Positions 6,121-16,932 of a stretch of DNA of 64,000 nucleotides are shown here, in pieces. The notes under the pieces were generated by a model that worked only from the letters and a program-made list of their open reading frames with translations, was not told where the DNA came from and did not search any database. Both the position numbers and the translations under genes were made by a program. The stretch lies in contig JBBSGP010000009.1 of NCBI GenBank assembly GCA_038253885.1, positions 19,105 through 83,104 on the forward strand, given 5' to 3'. Position 1 is the first letter of the stretch; the number at the start of each line of letters is the position of its first letter. The stretch comes from Gemmatimonadales bacterium. Its GTDB lineage: Bacteria; Gemmatimonadota; Gemmatimonadetes; Gemmatimonadales; Gemmatimonadaceae.

Positions 6121-7797
6121 TCAGGAGAGTCCGACGATTGTGCCATCCGTGTCGACGGACATACGCTCGGCTGCCGGCTCTCGCGGAAGTCCCGGCATTG
6201 TCATGATGTCTCCCGCCTGCGCGACCACGAAGCCGGCGCCGGCGAGGGGATACACATCGTTGATCGTGATGCGGAAGCCGGTAGGCCGCCCCAGCCGCGA
6301 CGGATCATCGGTGAGCGAGTACTGCGTCTTGGCCATGCAGATGGGCGTGTCGCCGAGACCGATCGATTCGATGTAGTCGATCGCCCGGTCGGCTTTGGGC
6401 GCGTAGTCCGCTCCGTCGCCGCCGTACACCTTTCGCACGATTGTATCGATCTTCTCACGGATCGGCCGGCTCGCGTCGTAGATGGGTGCGAAGCGCGAGC
6501 CTCCGCGGGCGAGCTCGTCCAGTATCTCTCGGGCGAGATCGAGCCCTCCTTCCCCTCCTTTCTCCCACACCTCGTTCAGCGCCACCCGGGCGCCACAGCA
6601 GCGCGCGAAGCCCATTACCATCTCGAGCTCGCGGTCACTGTCGCTGGTGAACCGGTTCATGGCGACGATGACCGGCACGCCGAATTGCCGCACGTTGTCG
6701 ATGTGGAGCGCCAGATTGGGCAGTCCGCGCTCGAGAGCCCCGAGGTCCTCGGATGCCAGCGACTTCTTGTCGGCGCCTCCGTTGAGCTTGAGAGCCCTCA
6801 CGGTCGCCACGAGAACGGCGACCTCGGGGTTCAGTCCGCCAAAGCGGCACTTGATGTCGAAGAACTTCTCGGCGCCGAGGTCCGAGCCGAACCCGGCTTC
6901 GGTCAGCACCACGTCCGCGAGCGCGAGCGCCGTCTTGGTGGCGAGGATGCTGTTGCATCCGTGCGCGATATTTCCGAATGGCCCCGCGTGCACGAAGGCC
7001 GGCCCGCCCTCCAGAGTCTGTACGAGGTTCGGACGGATGGCGTCCTTGAGAAGCAGCCCCATGGCTCCCGCGGCTTTGAGGTCCGCCGCCCGAATCGGCT
7101 TGCGCTTCGCGCCGGCCGTCGCACCAACGATGATGCGGCCGAGCCGCCGCTGAAGGTCCTCGCGGCTCGTGGCCAGAGCAACGATGGCCATGACCTCGCT
7201 GGCGGGAATGATGACGAATCGCTCCTCCCGCACCACACCGTTGGCCACCCCGCCCAGCCCAATGACGATGTCGCGCAGGGCGCGGTCGTTCATGTCGATG
7301 GTGCGCGGCCAGGTGATGCGCCGCGGATCGATGCCGAGGTCGTTTCCGTGGTTGAGGTGGTTGTCGAGCATGGCCGCGAGTAATGCGTGCGCACTCGAGA
7401 TGGCGTGGAAGTCACCGGTGAAATGGAGGTTGATGTCCTCCATCGGGACGACCTGCGCGAAGCCGCCGCCGGCGGCACCGCCCTTCACTCCGAACACCGG
7501 CCCGAGACTGGGCTCGCGCATGCACAGAGCCGCATTGGTACCGAGCCGCCTCAGCGACTGGGTGACCCCGACGAGAGTCGTGCTCTTCCCCTCTCCCGCC
7601 GCCGTGGGGTTGATGCCGGTGACGACGACGAGCCGCCCGCGCGATGGACGCAGCGCCACGTCGAGCGCGATCTTCGCCTTGTGCTTCCCGTACAGATCGA
7701 GCTCGTCGGGGACGAGACCGAGGTCGGCAGCGACGTCCACGATCGGGCGCAGTCGCGCCCTCTGCGCGATCTCGATATCGGAGGGAACGGATGACAC
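6121..7797 (-). CDS. fhs: formate--tetrahydrofolate ligase
   Basis: SDIEIAQRA...LYGKHKAKI...GINPTAAGEGKSTTLVG...GPFGNIAHGCNS. GTG 7797 was chosen as the start. The ORF-track start at 7878 would overlap tatD. Confidence 0.9.
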   Translation of the reverse strand: MSSVPSDIEIAQRARLRPIVDVAADLGLVPDELDLYGKHKAKIALDVALRPSRGRLVVVTGINPTAAGEGKSTTLVGVTQSLRRLGTNAALCMREPSLGPVFGVKGGAAGGGFAQVVPMEDINLHFTGDFHAISSAHALLAAMLDNHLNHGNDLGIDPRRITWPRTIDMNDRALRDIVIGLGGVANGVVREERFVIIPASEVMAIVALATSREDLQRRLGRIIVGATAGAKRKPIRAADLKAAGAMGLLLKDAIRPNLVQTLEGGPAFVHAGPFGNIAHGCNSILATKTALALADVVLTEAGFGSDLGAEKFFDIKCRFGGLNPEVAVLVATVRALKLNGGADKKSLASEDLGALERGLPNLALHIDNVRQFGVPVIVAMNRFTSDSDRELEMVMGFARCCGARVALNEVWEKGGEGGLDLAREILDELARGGSRFAPIYDASRPIREKIDTIVRKVYGGDGADYAPKADRAIDYIESIGLGDTPICMAKTQYSLTDDPSRLGRPTGFRITINDVYPLAGAGFVVAQAGDIMTMPGLPREPAAERMSVDTDGTIVGLS

Positions 7798-7858
7798 GCG
7801 TGGTCCGGTGCGAGTGCGGAGGGGGATGCGGGCGGTGCCGGGTGCGGACAGACCGAAG

Positions 7859-8659
7859 CTAATAGCGCCCCGCGGCACGACCCGCCAGTCCGAAGAGCGC
7901 AGCGGCGTTGGCGCGTACGTGCTCGCCGAGCAGTGCCGCGCTCACACCCCGTGCGGCAGCGAGCCGATCCACTGTGCGCGGCACCCAGGCGGGCTCGTTG
8001 CGACGGCCGCGGTTCGGCACCGGGGCGAGATAGGGGGCATCGGATTCGGCGAGCAGCCTCTCGTCAGGAACCAGCCGCAACAGCGCCTCGTCCGTCCAGC
8101 TCCGGAAGGTGACGATCCCGCTGAAGGAGATGTACCAGCCCGCGTCGAGCGCGGCTCGGGCCAGCGCATGGCTGCCGGTGAAGCAGTGCATCACACCTCT
8201 GGTGCCGGTCCGCGACGTTTCCTCGAGGAGCGCCATGGTGTCCGGCTCGGCATCGCGACTGTGCACGACCGCCGGCACCCCCAGCTCGCCAGCGAGCACA
8301 AGCTGCGCGGAGAAGGCCGCACGCTGAGAGGAGCGGGGCGCGTTGTCGTAATGGTAGTCGAGGCCGCACTCCCCCACGGCGACAGCCCCACGCCGGACGT
8401 GATCGCGCACGACCGGAAGGTCGCGCTCGGGGTCGAACGGGGCCGCGTCGTGGGGATGGATGCCGGCGGTCCAGAAGAGAAAGCCGGAGTGGCGCGTCGC
8501 CAGCGCGGCCGACAGCTCCGCGGCCAACAGCGATTCACCGATGCAGATGACGGCGACGGCGCCGCTCGACCGCGCGCGCGCGACCACGTCCTCCCGATCC
8601 GGGTCGAAGGCCGGATCGGCGAGGTGGGCGTGGCTGTCGATGAAAGGGAACGTCGTCAG
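7859..8659 (-). CDS. TatD-family metal-dependent hydrolase; start uncertain and possibly non-canonical
   Basis: Motifs GECGLDYHY, VVHSRDA, GVMHCFTG, LLAESDAPYL. The family's N-terminal FIDSHAHL metal motif is encoded in frame at 8621..8644, upstream of the first ATG/GTG/TTG (GTG 8587). The only start-like codon above it, after the in-frame stop, is CTG 8659, which overlaps the secF stop. Confidence 0.8.
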   Translation of the reverse strand: MTTFPFIDSHAHLADPAFDPDREDVVARARSSGAVAVICIGESLLAAELSAALATRHSGFLFWTAGIHPHDAAPFDPERDLPVVRDHVRRGAVAVGECGLDYHYDNAPRSSQRAAFSAQLVLAGELGVPAVVHSRDAEPDTMALLEETSRTGTRGVMHCFTGSHALARAALDAGWYISFSGIVTFRSWTDEALLRLVPDERLLAESDAPYLAPVPNRGRRNEPAWVPRTVDRLAAARGVSAALLGEHVRANAAALFGLAGRAAGRY

Positions 8660-9666
8660 CGCGTCGGCGCAGGCTGTGTCTGGCGGGGTGGGCGCGACCG
8701 ATCCGGTTCACGACCCGGAGCGGGCCGTGCTCCCGCTCCACTCACATCACCGACGCGCCGCGGCCAGCGAGTCTCGATCCAGAGCAGGACAGGCGCCGCC
8801 ACGTAGATCGAGCTGAAGGTGCCGGTGAACACCCCGAAGAGCATCACCACGGCAAATGGACGGATGACCTCCCCGCCGAGCAAGGTGAGCGCGAGGAGGG
8901 TCGCGAGGGCGGTGGCGTGGGTGAGTACGGAGCGCGGTAGCGTCTCGTTCACCGACCGGTTCAGCGTGTCGTACAGCGACTCCTTCCGCTTCTTGCGGAT
9001 GTTCTCGCGGACCCGATCGAAGATGATGATCGTGTCGTTGAGGGAGTATCCGATCATCGTCAGCACGGCTCCGACGACGATCAGGGAGATCTCGAGGTTT
9101 GTGTACTTGATGAAGGCGAGGGTCGCGAGGATGTCGTGCGCCGTCGCCACGATGGCGGCCACGCCGAATCGCCACTCGAAGCGCCAGGCGAGATAGATGA
9201 GAGTGATCAGGAACGATGCGAGGATGGCGTAGAGGGCCTTCTGTCGGAGCTCCTGTCCCACCTTGGGTCCGACGGCCTCGGTGCGGCCGACCTTGAATCC
9301 GTTGGCGCCATACCGAGAGCGGAGCGCGGATGAGATCAGCACCGCCACCGACGCGGCGCCGCGCTGCTGCAGCGCGACCGACTCCCGGTTCTGCGCGCGG
9401 ATGACGTATTCGGTATCCGAGCCGAAGGTTTGCAGCTCGGCGCCGCGAACCCCGGCCTTGTCGAGAGCAGCTCTCAGCTCGGCGGCATCCGGCTTCCGGG
9501 GGAAGCTGACCTGCATCAGCGTGCCACCCGTGAACTCGATGCTGTACTTGAACGGTCTCGCGGCCAGCCAGGTGATCCCCGGGATGATGAACAGTAGCGT
9601 CACCACGGTGGTGATCTTCCACAGCCGGATGAAGTCGATCTTTGTCCCGTGCAGGATGCGCAGCAT
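8656..9666 (-). CDS. secF: protein translocase subunit SecF
   Basis: [30 protein letters not shown]...SIEFTGGT...NDTIIIFDRVREN. ATG 9666 overlaps the secD stop by 1 nt. Confidence 0.9.
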   Translation of the reverse strand: MLRILHGTKIDFIRLWKITTVVTLLFIIPGITWLAARPFKYSIEFTGGTLMQVSFPRKPDAAELRAALDKAGVRGAELQTFGSDTEYVIRAQNRESVALQQRGAASVAVLISSALRSRYGANGFKVGRTEAVGPKVGQELRQKALYAILASFLITLIYLAWRFEWRFGVAAIVATAHDILATLAFIKYTNLEISLIVVGAVLTMIGYSLNDTIIIFDRVRENIRKKRKESLYDTLNRSVNETLPRSVLTHATALATLLALTLLGGEVIRPFAVVMLFGVFTGTFSSIYVAAPVLLWIETRWPRRVGDVSGAGARPAPGREPDRSRPPRQTQPAPTR

Positions 9667-11372
9667 CAGATGCTCAGCGTCTGGGCCCCGCGCGAGCGCT
9701 GGAGCCACAGGAGGAAGAAGGTGCGGACGACGAAGATCGCGCTCACCATCGAGGCCGCGATGCCGGCGATGAGCGTGACCGCGAATCCCTTCACCGGCCC
9801 AGTGCCGAACTCGTACAGCACCGCGGCGGTGAGCAGTGTCGAGACGTTGGAGTCGACGATGGCGCTCATGGCATGCCGGAAGCCCTCGTCGATGGCGACC
9901 CGGACGGTCTTGCCGTGATCCAGCTCCTCGCGGATCCGCTCGAAGATGAGGACGTTGGCATCGACGGCGATCGCCACCGACAGCACCAGTCCGGCCAGTC
10001 CCGGCAGCGTCAGGACGGCGTCGAACCCGGCCAGCATCGCCAGGGTGAAGAGCACGTACAGCAGCAACGCCGAGACGGCGAGAACGCCCGAGAATCGGTA
10101 GTACCCGATCATGATCAGGATCACCAGCGCCACGCCGAGGACGCCGGCGTGCATTCCATCGCGGATGGAATCGGCTCCGAGGCTCGCGCCGATGGAATGG
10201 ACCTCGACCACCTTGAGCGGAACGGGCAGCGCCCCCGCGCGCAGAGTGAGCGCGAGGTCCTGAACGTCCTGGAGAGGCCGGCCGCGCATGGTGATCTGGC
10301 CGTGCGTCCCGATGGCCGTCTGGATCACCGGCGGTGTTCCCATCACGCGATCATCGAGCACGATCGCCATGTTGTTGCCAACGTTCTTGCCGGTCTCCGA
10401 CTTGAAGCGGCGCCCGCCCTCGTTGTTCAGCGTGAAGATGACGACGTTCCCTTCGATCGGGTCGGTGCTGGGCTTCGCATCCGTGAGGTACTCGCCGGTG
10501 ATGATCGGTCGCGCGTCGACGACATAGAGCGAGCGATACGGAAGCTGCCGCCCATCGGGCGCCGTCTCATCGACGCCCCACTTGATGGCCTTGCCCGGGG
10601 GCAGCGCTGCCTGCACTTCAGGGTACGAGATGTATTGCTCGAGCGTCGGCACGTCGCTCTTGGCGACCGTGAACTGACCGGGCATGCCGCCCGGTTGAAG
10701 CAGCTTCGAGAAGGCGCCGGTGCGCGACCCGGTGAGGAGGCTGGTGTCGGAGGCGATCGAATCCTTCTTGGCGCTGTCCCCCTTCGCGCGAGGCCCGCTG
10801 TCGGCGGCGGCGAACAGTCCGGAGATGGCACTCGCTCTCTTGGCCGTGTCTCCCCCGGCAATCGGGGCGCCGGGCGGACGGGAGGCGAGCGTCGCACCGG
10901 CGCTCCTTCCCTTCACCGCGGCATCGATGCGGGACAGCGCCTTGTCGAGCGCGTTGGTCTTGTCGGTCATCTGAAACTGCAGGAAAGCGGACCGCTCGAC
11001 CACCCCGCGGGCCCGCTCCGGATCGTCGATGCCCGGCAGCTCGACGATGATGCGCTCCGTTCCGACCTTCTGGACGTTCGGCTCGGAGACGCCAAACTCG
11101 TCGACGCGTGTGCGCACGACCTTGAGCGCCCGGTCCAATGCTTCGGACTTGTTCTGGACGACGCCCTTCGATTCGTCCACCTCGAGCGCGAGGTGCATTC
11201 CGCCCTGCAGGTCCAGTCCGCGCTTGAGCGGGACGCGCTTCTCGACGCGCTCGGTGAAGACGCCCGTGCGCGGATCGCGGTCCCGCATCCGCACGGTACG
11301 TGGATACAGGGCGGCGAGGGAGGCGAGCACCAGCACCGCGATCAGGATGACGCGATATCGAATGTTGGACAT
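9666..11372 (-). CDS. secD: protein translocase subunit SecD
   Basis: 568 aa. There is an N-terminal TM segment, GLDLQGG, and a C-terminal 6-TM block ending [13 protein letters not shown]. Confidence 0.92.
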   Translation of the reverse strand: MSNIRYRVILIAVLVLASLAALYPRTVRMRDRDPRTGVFTERVEKRVPLKRGLDLQGGMHLALEVDESKGVVQNKSEALDRALKVVRTRVDEFGVSEPNVQKVGTERIIVELPGIDDPERARGVVERSAFLQFQMTDKTNALDKALSRIDAAVKGRSAGATLASRPPGAPIAGGDTAKRASAISGLFAAADSGPRAKGDSAKKDSIASDTSLLTGSRTGAFSKLLQPGGMPGQFTVAKSDVPTLEQYISYPEVQAALPPGKAIKWGVDETAPDGRQLPYRSLYVVDARPIITGEYLTDAKPSTDPIEGNVVIFTLNNEGGRRFKSETGKNVGNNMAIVLDDRVMGTPPVIQTAIGTHGQITMRGRPLQDVQDLALTLRAGALPVPLKVVEVHSIGASLGADSIRDGMHAGVLGVALVILIMIGYYRFSGVLAVSALLLYVLFTLAMLAGFDAVLTLPGLAGLVLSVAIAVDANVLIFERIREELDHGKTVRVAIDEGFRHAMSAIVDSNVSTLLTAAVLYEFGTGPVKGFAVTLIAGIAASMVSAIFVVRTFFLLWLQRSRGAQTLSI

Positions 11373-11412
11373 GCCGACGTGCGGAGATTGGAGGTGAAGA
11401 CAGCCATCAAAG

Positions 11413-12369
11413 TTAGGGAGCGCCTCGGCTCAATGTCAACGCGCGCCGGGCGGACTCGGCGTCGACACGCAGCTGGGCCACCAGCGCATCCACGCCGGAG
11501 AACCGCTGGGTGTCGCGCAACCGCGCGACGAAGTCAACGCGGACGCGCGAGCCATACAACTCCGCCGTCGTGTCGAACAGGTGCACCTCCAGCGTGACGT
11601 CAGGATCGCCGAACGTCGGACGTGCGCCAAGGTTCATCATCCCGCCGAACGCCCCGGCCCGCGTCTGGGTCCGTACGGCATATACCCCAGCCGGCGGCAG
11701 AAGCTTTTGCTCTGGCGGCGCCCCCAGATTGATCGTGGGAAAGCCGAGGAGCTGACCCCGCCTGTCTCCCTGACGAACGGCGCCCGACACCGAGTAGGGG
11801 CGACCGAGCGCGGCCGCGGCACGGACCAGATCGCCGCCGGCCACCGCTCGCCGGATGAAGGTGGAAGACAGCGGCCGGCCGTCCGGCGCGGTCACCGCCT
11901 CCACGACCTCGACACCGAATCCCCGGTCGCGGCCGAGCGCGTGCAGCACCTCGACGTCTCCTTCCCGCCCACGCCCGAACCCGTGATCGTGACCGATCAC
12001 AAGGTGGCGCATGTGAAAGCGCCGTCGCAGCACCTCGTCCACGAACTGCGCCGCTCCGTACCGTGCGAGCGCCCGGGTGAAGGGCACAACCGCCATGTAG
12101 TGAATGCCGCTCTCGGCCACGATCTCGATCTTCTCCTCGCTCAGAGTCAGGAGCGGCGGAGATGCCTTCGGATTCACGATCGCGAGGGGATGGGGATCGA
12201 ACGTGACGAGGACGCTGTCGAGCTGCAGCGCGTCGGCGCGATCGGCGATCCGCTGCAGCACATCGCGGTGCCCGCGATGCACGCCGTCGAACGTTCCGAC
12301 GGTCACCACCGTGCCCGGCGATCGCGGCGGCAATCCCGAGTCCTCCCACCCGGCGAAGCGGTCAGTCAT
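11413..12369 (-). CDS. ribF: bifunctional riboflavin kinase / FMN adenylyltransferase
   Basis: [51 protein letters not shown] 12369 overlaps the truB stop by 8 nt. Confidence 0.9.
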   Translation of the reverse strand: MTDRFAGWEDSGLPPRSPGTVVTVGTFDGVHRGHRDVLQRIADRADALQLDSVLVTFDPHPLAIVNPKASPPLLTLSEEKIEIVAESGIHYMAVVPFTRALARYGAAQFVDEVLRRRFHMRHLVIGHDHGFGRGREGDVEVLHALGRDRGFGVEVVEAVTAPDGRPLSSTFIRRAVAGGDLVRAAAALGRPYSVSGAVRQGDRRGQLLGFPTINLGAPPEQKLLPPAGVYAVRTQTRAGAFGGMMNLGARPTFGDPDVTLEVHLFDTTAELYGSRVRVDFVARLRDTQRFSGVDALVAQLRVDAESARRALTLSRGAP

Positions 12370-13267
12370 CGTGCAGCACGACGCGGGGCTGCCACTGTCC
12401 GCCCTGGCGCACAGCGACGGCCAGCAGCGCACCCGCCTCCGTGACCAGCGCTGCCCGCTCTCCCTCCACGCCAACGGCGATCGTCAACCCCCGCTCGATT
12501 CGGCGCGCCTCGGCGGTGTCGAGCGTCTGAACCGGCATCCCTCCCAGCGCATCCATTGCCGGACGTGGCTCGACTCCGCCCGTCCGGAGTGTCTCGAGCG
12601 GTGTCGCCTCATCGACCGAGAAGCGCCCGCTTCGCACTCGTCGGAGTGCGGACAGGTGCGCGGCGCTGCCGGCGAGCCGACCGAGGTCCCGTGCGAGAGC
12701 GCGAACGTACGTTCCGCCAGCGCAGACGATCGTGACCTCCATCTCGGCGCGCGATCCCTCGACCTCGCGCCAGCGATGCACGCGCCACTCGTGCACCCGG
12801 ACCCGAACCGGGGAGAGATCGAGCTCCTCGCCGGCGCGTGCGGCGTGGTAGGCCCGGCGCCCCCCTCTCCCGACGCGCTTGGCCGAGTACGCGGGCGGCC
12901 GCTGCAGAAGGTCGCCGGTCAATTCCCCCACGTGCGCGCGCGCGATGCTCTCCGCCGGCGGCGGAGCGGAACGAATCACGGCACCCGAGAGGTCATCGGT
13001 GTCGGTCTCGTCGCCGAATCGCACCGTCGCGTCGTAGACTTTGGGCTCGCCATCGATGTAGGGAAGCAAGCGCGTGGCCCGGCCGGTCAGCAGCACGAGA
13101 AGCCCGGTCGCGAACGGATCGAGCGTGCCGGCGTGGCCTACGCGGCGCTCTTCGAGTGCGCGCCGAGCGACCAGTACGACGTCGTGCGAGGAGACGCCGG
13201 CCGGCTTGTCCACGAGCAGCACACCGTCAATCGGATTGGCCCTCGACGTCGGGAGGATCGGCGTCAC
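12362..13267 (-). CDS. truB: tRNA pseudouridine(55) synthase
   Basis: DGVLLVDKPAGVSSHDVV...VGHAGTLDPFATGLLVLLTG. The start is GTG 13267, with GTG 13222 as an alternative. The ORF-track start at 13576 runs through rbfA in another frame. Confidence 0.88.
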   Translation of the reverse strand: MTPILPTSRANPIDGVLLVDKPAGVSSHDVVLVARRALEERRVGHAGTLDPFATGLLVLLTGRATRLLPYIDGEPKVYDATVRFGDETDTDDLSGAVIRSAPPPAESIARAHVGELTGDLLQRPPAYSAKRVGRGGRRAYHAARAGEELDLSPVRVRVHEWRVHRWREVEGSRAEMEVTIVCAGGTYVRALARDLGRLAGSAAHLSALRRVRSGRFSVDEATPLETLRTGGVEPRPAMDALGGMPVQTLDTAEARRIERGLTIAVGVEGERAALVTEAGALLAVAVRQGGQWQPRVVLHDD

Positions 13268-13649
13268 GGGAGGCAGCCGCGGGAAGCTCGGGCGGCTGGC
13301 TATCGCGGATCTGGGCGAGGAGGGACTCGATGCGTCCGGCGCGCTCGACGCTCTGGTCCACGCGGAACTCGATCTCGGGTGCGAAGCGCAGCCGCAGCGT
13401 CTTGGCGAGACGGGTTCGCAACTGTCCGGTGACGCTCTGCAGTCCCTCGAACGATGCGCTCTTCGTCTGGTCGTCGCCGAGGAGGCTGACGAAGATCTTG
13501 GCGTGGCGCATGTCCGGCGTGATGTCCACGCCGGTGACCGTGATGAACGCGGTGACGCGCGGATCCTTGACGCCATCGGTCAGGAACGTCGCCGCTTCCT
13601 CGCGAATTCGCTCGGCCACCCGTTCGGAACGTCGATTGTCACGAGGCAT
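13227..13649 (-). CDS. rbfA: ribosome-binding factor A
   Basis: RSERVAERIREEAATFL...VTAFITVTGVDITPDMRHAKIFVS...RFAPEIEFRVD. It occupies the conserved infB-rbfA-truB position. Confidence 0.9.
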   Translation of the reverse strand: MPRDNRRSERVAERIREEAATFLTDGVKDPRVTAFITVTGVDITPDMRHAKIFVSLLGDDQTKSASFEGLQSVTGQLRTRLAKTLRLRFAPEIEFRVDQSVERAGRIESLLAQIRDSQPPELPAAASRDADPPDVEGQSD

Positions 13650-13674
13650 TGAATGATCTCGGTCGGCATCGCGC

Positions 13675-16539
13675 CTACGCCAGCGTCCTCGCTACCTCTT
13701 CTGTCTTGTAGCACTCGATCAGATCGCCGACCTTGATGTCGTTGAAGTTCTCGATTCCGATGCCGCACTCGAAGCCTTCGCGCACCTCGCGAACATCGTC
13801 CTTGAAGCGGCGCAGCGAGCTGATCGTTCCGTTGTAGACCTCGACGCCGTCGCGAACCACGCGCGCCCTGTTCTGGCGGCTGATCACGCCGCTGCGCACG
13901 GCACACCCGGCGATGACGCCGATCTTCGGGACCTTGAACAGCTCGCGCACCTGGGCCTCCCCGACGATGACCTCCCTCTCCTCGGGGCGCAGCAATCCCT
14001 CGAGAGCGGCGCGAACGTCGCTGACCGCCTCGTAGATGATCCGGTACAGCTTGATCTCCACACCCTCGCGCTCGGCGGCGGCACGGGCGTTGTTGTCGGG
14101 CCGAACGTGGAAGCCGATGATGATGGCCCCCGACGTGCGGGCGAGCAGGACGTCGGTCTCGGTGATCGCGCCGACACCACGATGGATCACGTCCACCTGG
14201 ACCTCGGCGTTCGACAGCTGTTGCAGTGCATCGGCGAGGGCTTCCGCCGGACCACCCTGGTCGGCCTTGATGACGAGGTTGAGGGTGCCCTTCTGCCCCG
14301 ATGCCGCCCTGGACATGAAGTCCTCGAGCGTCACCACGCCCGTCCGCGACGTCCGGCGGCTCTTCGCCTCGCGGTCCAGGCGCTGGCGGCGCTGGGCGAT
14401 CTCGCGCGACGCCGACGCCTCCTCGACGACCAGCAGCTGATCGCCCACCGTCGGCACATCCTCGATGCCGAGGACCTGAACCGGGATGGCCGGTCCGGCG
14501 GAGGTGACCGTCTTCCCGCGTTCATCGAAGAGCGCCCGCACGCGGCCGGAATACATCCCGCAGATGAAGTCCTCGCCGACGTGGAGCGTGCCGCTCTGGA
14601 TGAGGACGGTGGCCATGGGCCCCTTGCCCGGGTCACGCTGGGCCTCGACGACCGCCCCGCTCGCCCGCTTGTCGGGGTTCGCCTTGAGATCGAGGATCTC
14701 CGCCTGCAGAAGGATCTGATCGAGAAGCACCTCGACGTTCGTCCCCTTCTTTGCCGAGATCTCGGTCGCCAGCACGTTGCCGCCGAATTCCTCCAGGACA
14801 ACCGACTGCTGCAGCAGCTCCTGCTTGACCTTCTGCACGTTGGCGGACGGGAGATCGATCTTATTGATCGCGACAACCATCGGCACGCCGGCATTCCGGG
14901 CGTGCGAGATGGCCTCCACCGTCTGCGGCATGACCTGGTCATCGGCCGCGACCACCAGCACGACGATGTCCGTGACCTGGGCGCCGCGGGCCCGCATGGC
15001 CGTGAACGCCTCGTGGCCCGGCGTGTCGAGGAAGGTGATCGCCTTCCCGCTCGGCAGCTTCACGTGGTAGGCGCCGATGTGCTGCGTGATCCCGCCCGCC
15101 TCCCCGGCAACCACGTTCGCCTTCCGGATGTAGTCCAGAAGAGAGGTCTTCCCGTGGTCGACGTGACCCATGATGGTGACGACCGGCGGCCGGGGGCGCA
15201 GGTCCTCGGCAGCGTCCTTCTCGATCTCCGTCGTCTCGGCCGCGTACTCGGCTTCGCGCACGGCCTGGAATCCGAACTCCCCGGCGATGAGCTCGATCTG
15301 ATCGAACGCCATGCGCTGGTTGATGGTGATCATGAAGCCGAGGTTCTTGAGCGCGAAGGCGACGATCTGCGTTGCCGGGATCTTGAGGATCTCGGCCAGC
15401 TCGCTGACGGTGATGAATTCGTTGACGCGGACGGTCTTGCGCTCCCGCTCCGCGGCGGCGGCGCGCTGCGCCTCCATCTCTTCGCGGTACGAGCCGTCTT
15501 CAGCGCGGCGGCTCGCACCCCGGCGCGGCGCCGGGCCAGCCAGAGTCGCCATGGTGCGTGAGATGTTCGCGGTCACCGCTTCCTGATCGACGCTCCCGCG
15601 CTTCCCCTTCTTCCGCTTTCCGCCGCGCTTGTCGTCCCGACGACCGGGCAGGTTCGTGGCGGCGCCCCCACCTCCGCCCGGGGCGGCCGATGCCACGGGG
15701 CGAGGCTGGGTGAACGGGGATCCCGACGCGATCGGCCGCGGACGCGGTGGACCGGGCACGACCGGACGGGGTCTCTGCCAGTCGGGCGCAGGCGGAGCGG
15801 AGCGAGCCGAGCCGGCCCGTGAATCGGCGGGCGCGGACGAAGCGGCAGCCGGCCGGTACCCTTCCTGATGCGAACGCTCGTCGGGGCTGTCGTGGCGCGG
15901 CGCGTCGCTGTCGATCGGCCGCGGTCGCGCCGGCGTGGGGCGGTCGAGGGGGCCGATGCCGCGACGGATGTCGGAGGGCGGAAACAGGTCGCCACCATCG
16001 CGGGGAAGAGCAGCGCCGCCGTGCGCGCGGCCGGCGGAAACCTCCAGCTCGTCGACGGCCGCAGGCGCGGCAGCTTCCAACTCGGCAGCGTGGGCGGCGG
16101 CCTGCACCGCGGCGATCTCATTCGCGGCCGCCTCTTCAGCGGCGGCAGCGGCGACGTCGGCGGCCTTCCGCCGGCGACGTTGGGGGGCGGCCGGCTCGGC
16201 CACCGGCGGCGGCGGCGCGGCAACGACAGCTGCCTTGCGCCGCGGCTTTGGCGGACTCTTCGCCGGCGATTCGGGAGAGGCCGGCGCGGCGCTGGCGGGC
16301 GCCGCGGGCGGCGCGGCCGGCGCGGCGGCGCCCCGACGGCGCCGCGCCGTGGTGTCGGGCTTGTCGGCCCGAGCCCTCTTTTCGCGCTCCCAGCGCGCGC
16401 GAAGACGCGATACCTGATCGTCGGTCAGCTGGCTCAGATGATTGCGCACCGGCACATCCATCGAGCGGAGCATGTTCATCAGCTCGTCGCTGGAAATGCC
16501 GAACTCGCCGGCCAGGTCGTGCACACGAAGCTTGCTCAA
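13675..16539 (-). CDS. infB: translation initiation factor IF-2
   Basis: 954 aa with a low-complexity Ala/Pro/Arg N-terminus. G-domain motifs: [24 protein letters not shown]. The start is TTG 16539, preceded by AGGAGG. Confidence 0.95.
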   Translation of the reverse strand: MSKLRVHDLAGEFGISSDELMNMLRSMDVPVRNHLSQLTDDQVSRLRARWEREKRARADKPDTTARRRRGAAAPAAPPAAPASAAPASPESPAKSPPKPRRKAAVVAAPPPPVAEPAAPQRRRRKAADVAAAAAEEAAANEIAAVQAAAHAAELEAAAPAAVDELEVSAGRAHGGAALPRDGGDLFPPSDIRRGIGPLDRPTPARPRPIDSDAPRHDSPDERSHQEGYRPAAASSAPADSRAGSARSAPPAPDWQRPRPVVPGPPRPRPIASGSPFTQPRPVASAAPGGGGGAATNLPGRRDDKRGGKRKKGKRGSVDQEAVTANISRTMATLAGPAPRRGASRRAEDGSYREEMEAQRAAAAERERKTVRVNEFITVSELAEILKIPATQIVAFALKNLGFMITINQRMAFDQIELIAGEFGFQAVREAEYAAETTEIEKDAAEDLRPRPPVVTIMGHVDHGKTSLLDYIRKANVVAGEAGGITQHIGAYHVKLPSGKAITFLDTPGHEAFTAMRARGAQVTDIVVLVVAADDQVMPQTVEAISHARNAGVPMVVAINKIDLPSANVQKVKQELLQQSVVLEEFGGNVLATEISAKKGTNVEVLLDQILLQAEILDLKANPDKRASGAVVEAQRDPGKGPMATVLIQSGTLHVGEDFICGMYSGRVRALFDERGKTVTSAGPAIPVQVLGIEDVPTVGDQLLVVEEASASREIAQRRQRLDREAKSRRTSRTGVVTLEDFMSRAASGQKGTLNLVIKADQGGPAEALADALQQLSNAEVQVDVIHRGVGAITETDVLLARTSGAIIIGFHVRPDNNARAAAEREGVEIKLYRIIYEAVSDVRAALEGLLRPEEREVIVGEAQVRELFKVPKIGVIAGCAVRSGVISRQNRARVVRDGVEVYNGTISSLRRFKDDVREVREGFECGIGIENFNDIKVGDLIECYKTEEVARTLA

Positions 16540-16548
16540 ACACTCCTC

Positions 16549-16932
16549 CTATGGAGCACCGCCGCCGCCCTCGGTCAGCCGGCGGATCCCGTCCGCCAAC
16601 TTTCGATCGAGTATGCCCACGGCCGCCGTCGATTCCCTTCCCACCGCGCCGCCCAGCGATGCCGCGGCAGGTCCCCGAATGATGCGGACCCGCCTCGCTT
16701 CCAGCAGCGGGACCACCTTGTTCAAGCTATTCTGCGACGCATCCGGCGCCACGACCACCAGCTGCAACTTTCCCTTCCTCGCCGCAGCGCGAACATGCTC
16801 CGCGCCGACCACGACCAAGCCACCCCGCAGCCCCAGCCCGATGAGTCCGAGCAGCTTCTGCTCGAGCAGCCCGCCGTCAATCGGCAGCGGGATCCGCCGC
16901 TCCGCCCGCGGACGGCGGCGATTCATCGGCAC
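16549..16932 (-). CDS. L7Ae/YlxQ-like ribosomal-protein-family protein located between nusA and infB
   Basis: It occupies the conserved position between nusA and infB. Sequence: LLGLIGLGLRGGLVVVGAEHVRAAARKGKLQLVVVAPDAS...ARRVRII. The start overlaps the nusA 3' end by 56 nt and is uncertain. Confidence 0.6.
   Translation of the reverse strand: MPMNRRRPRAERRIPLPIDGGLLEQKLLGLIGLGLRGGLVVVGAEHVRAAARKGKLQLVVVAPDASQNSLNKVVPLLEARRVRIIRGPAAASLGGAVGRESTAAVGILDRKLADGIRRLTEGGGGAP

Noticed and set aside
15560-16420. GC-rich repetitive DNA (runs of GCG/GCC/CGG), considered as a possible tandem repeat or array.
   Set aside because: It encodes the low-complexity Ala/Pro/Arg-rich N-terminal region typical of IF-2. 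There is no regular repeat unit or spacer structure.
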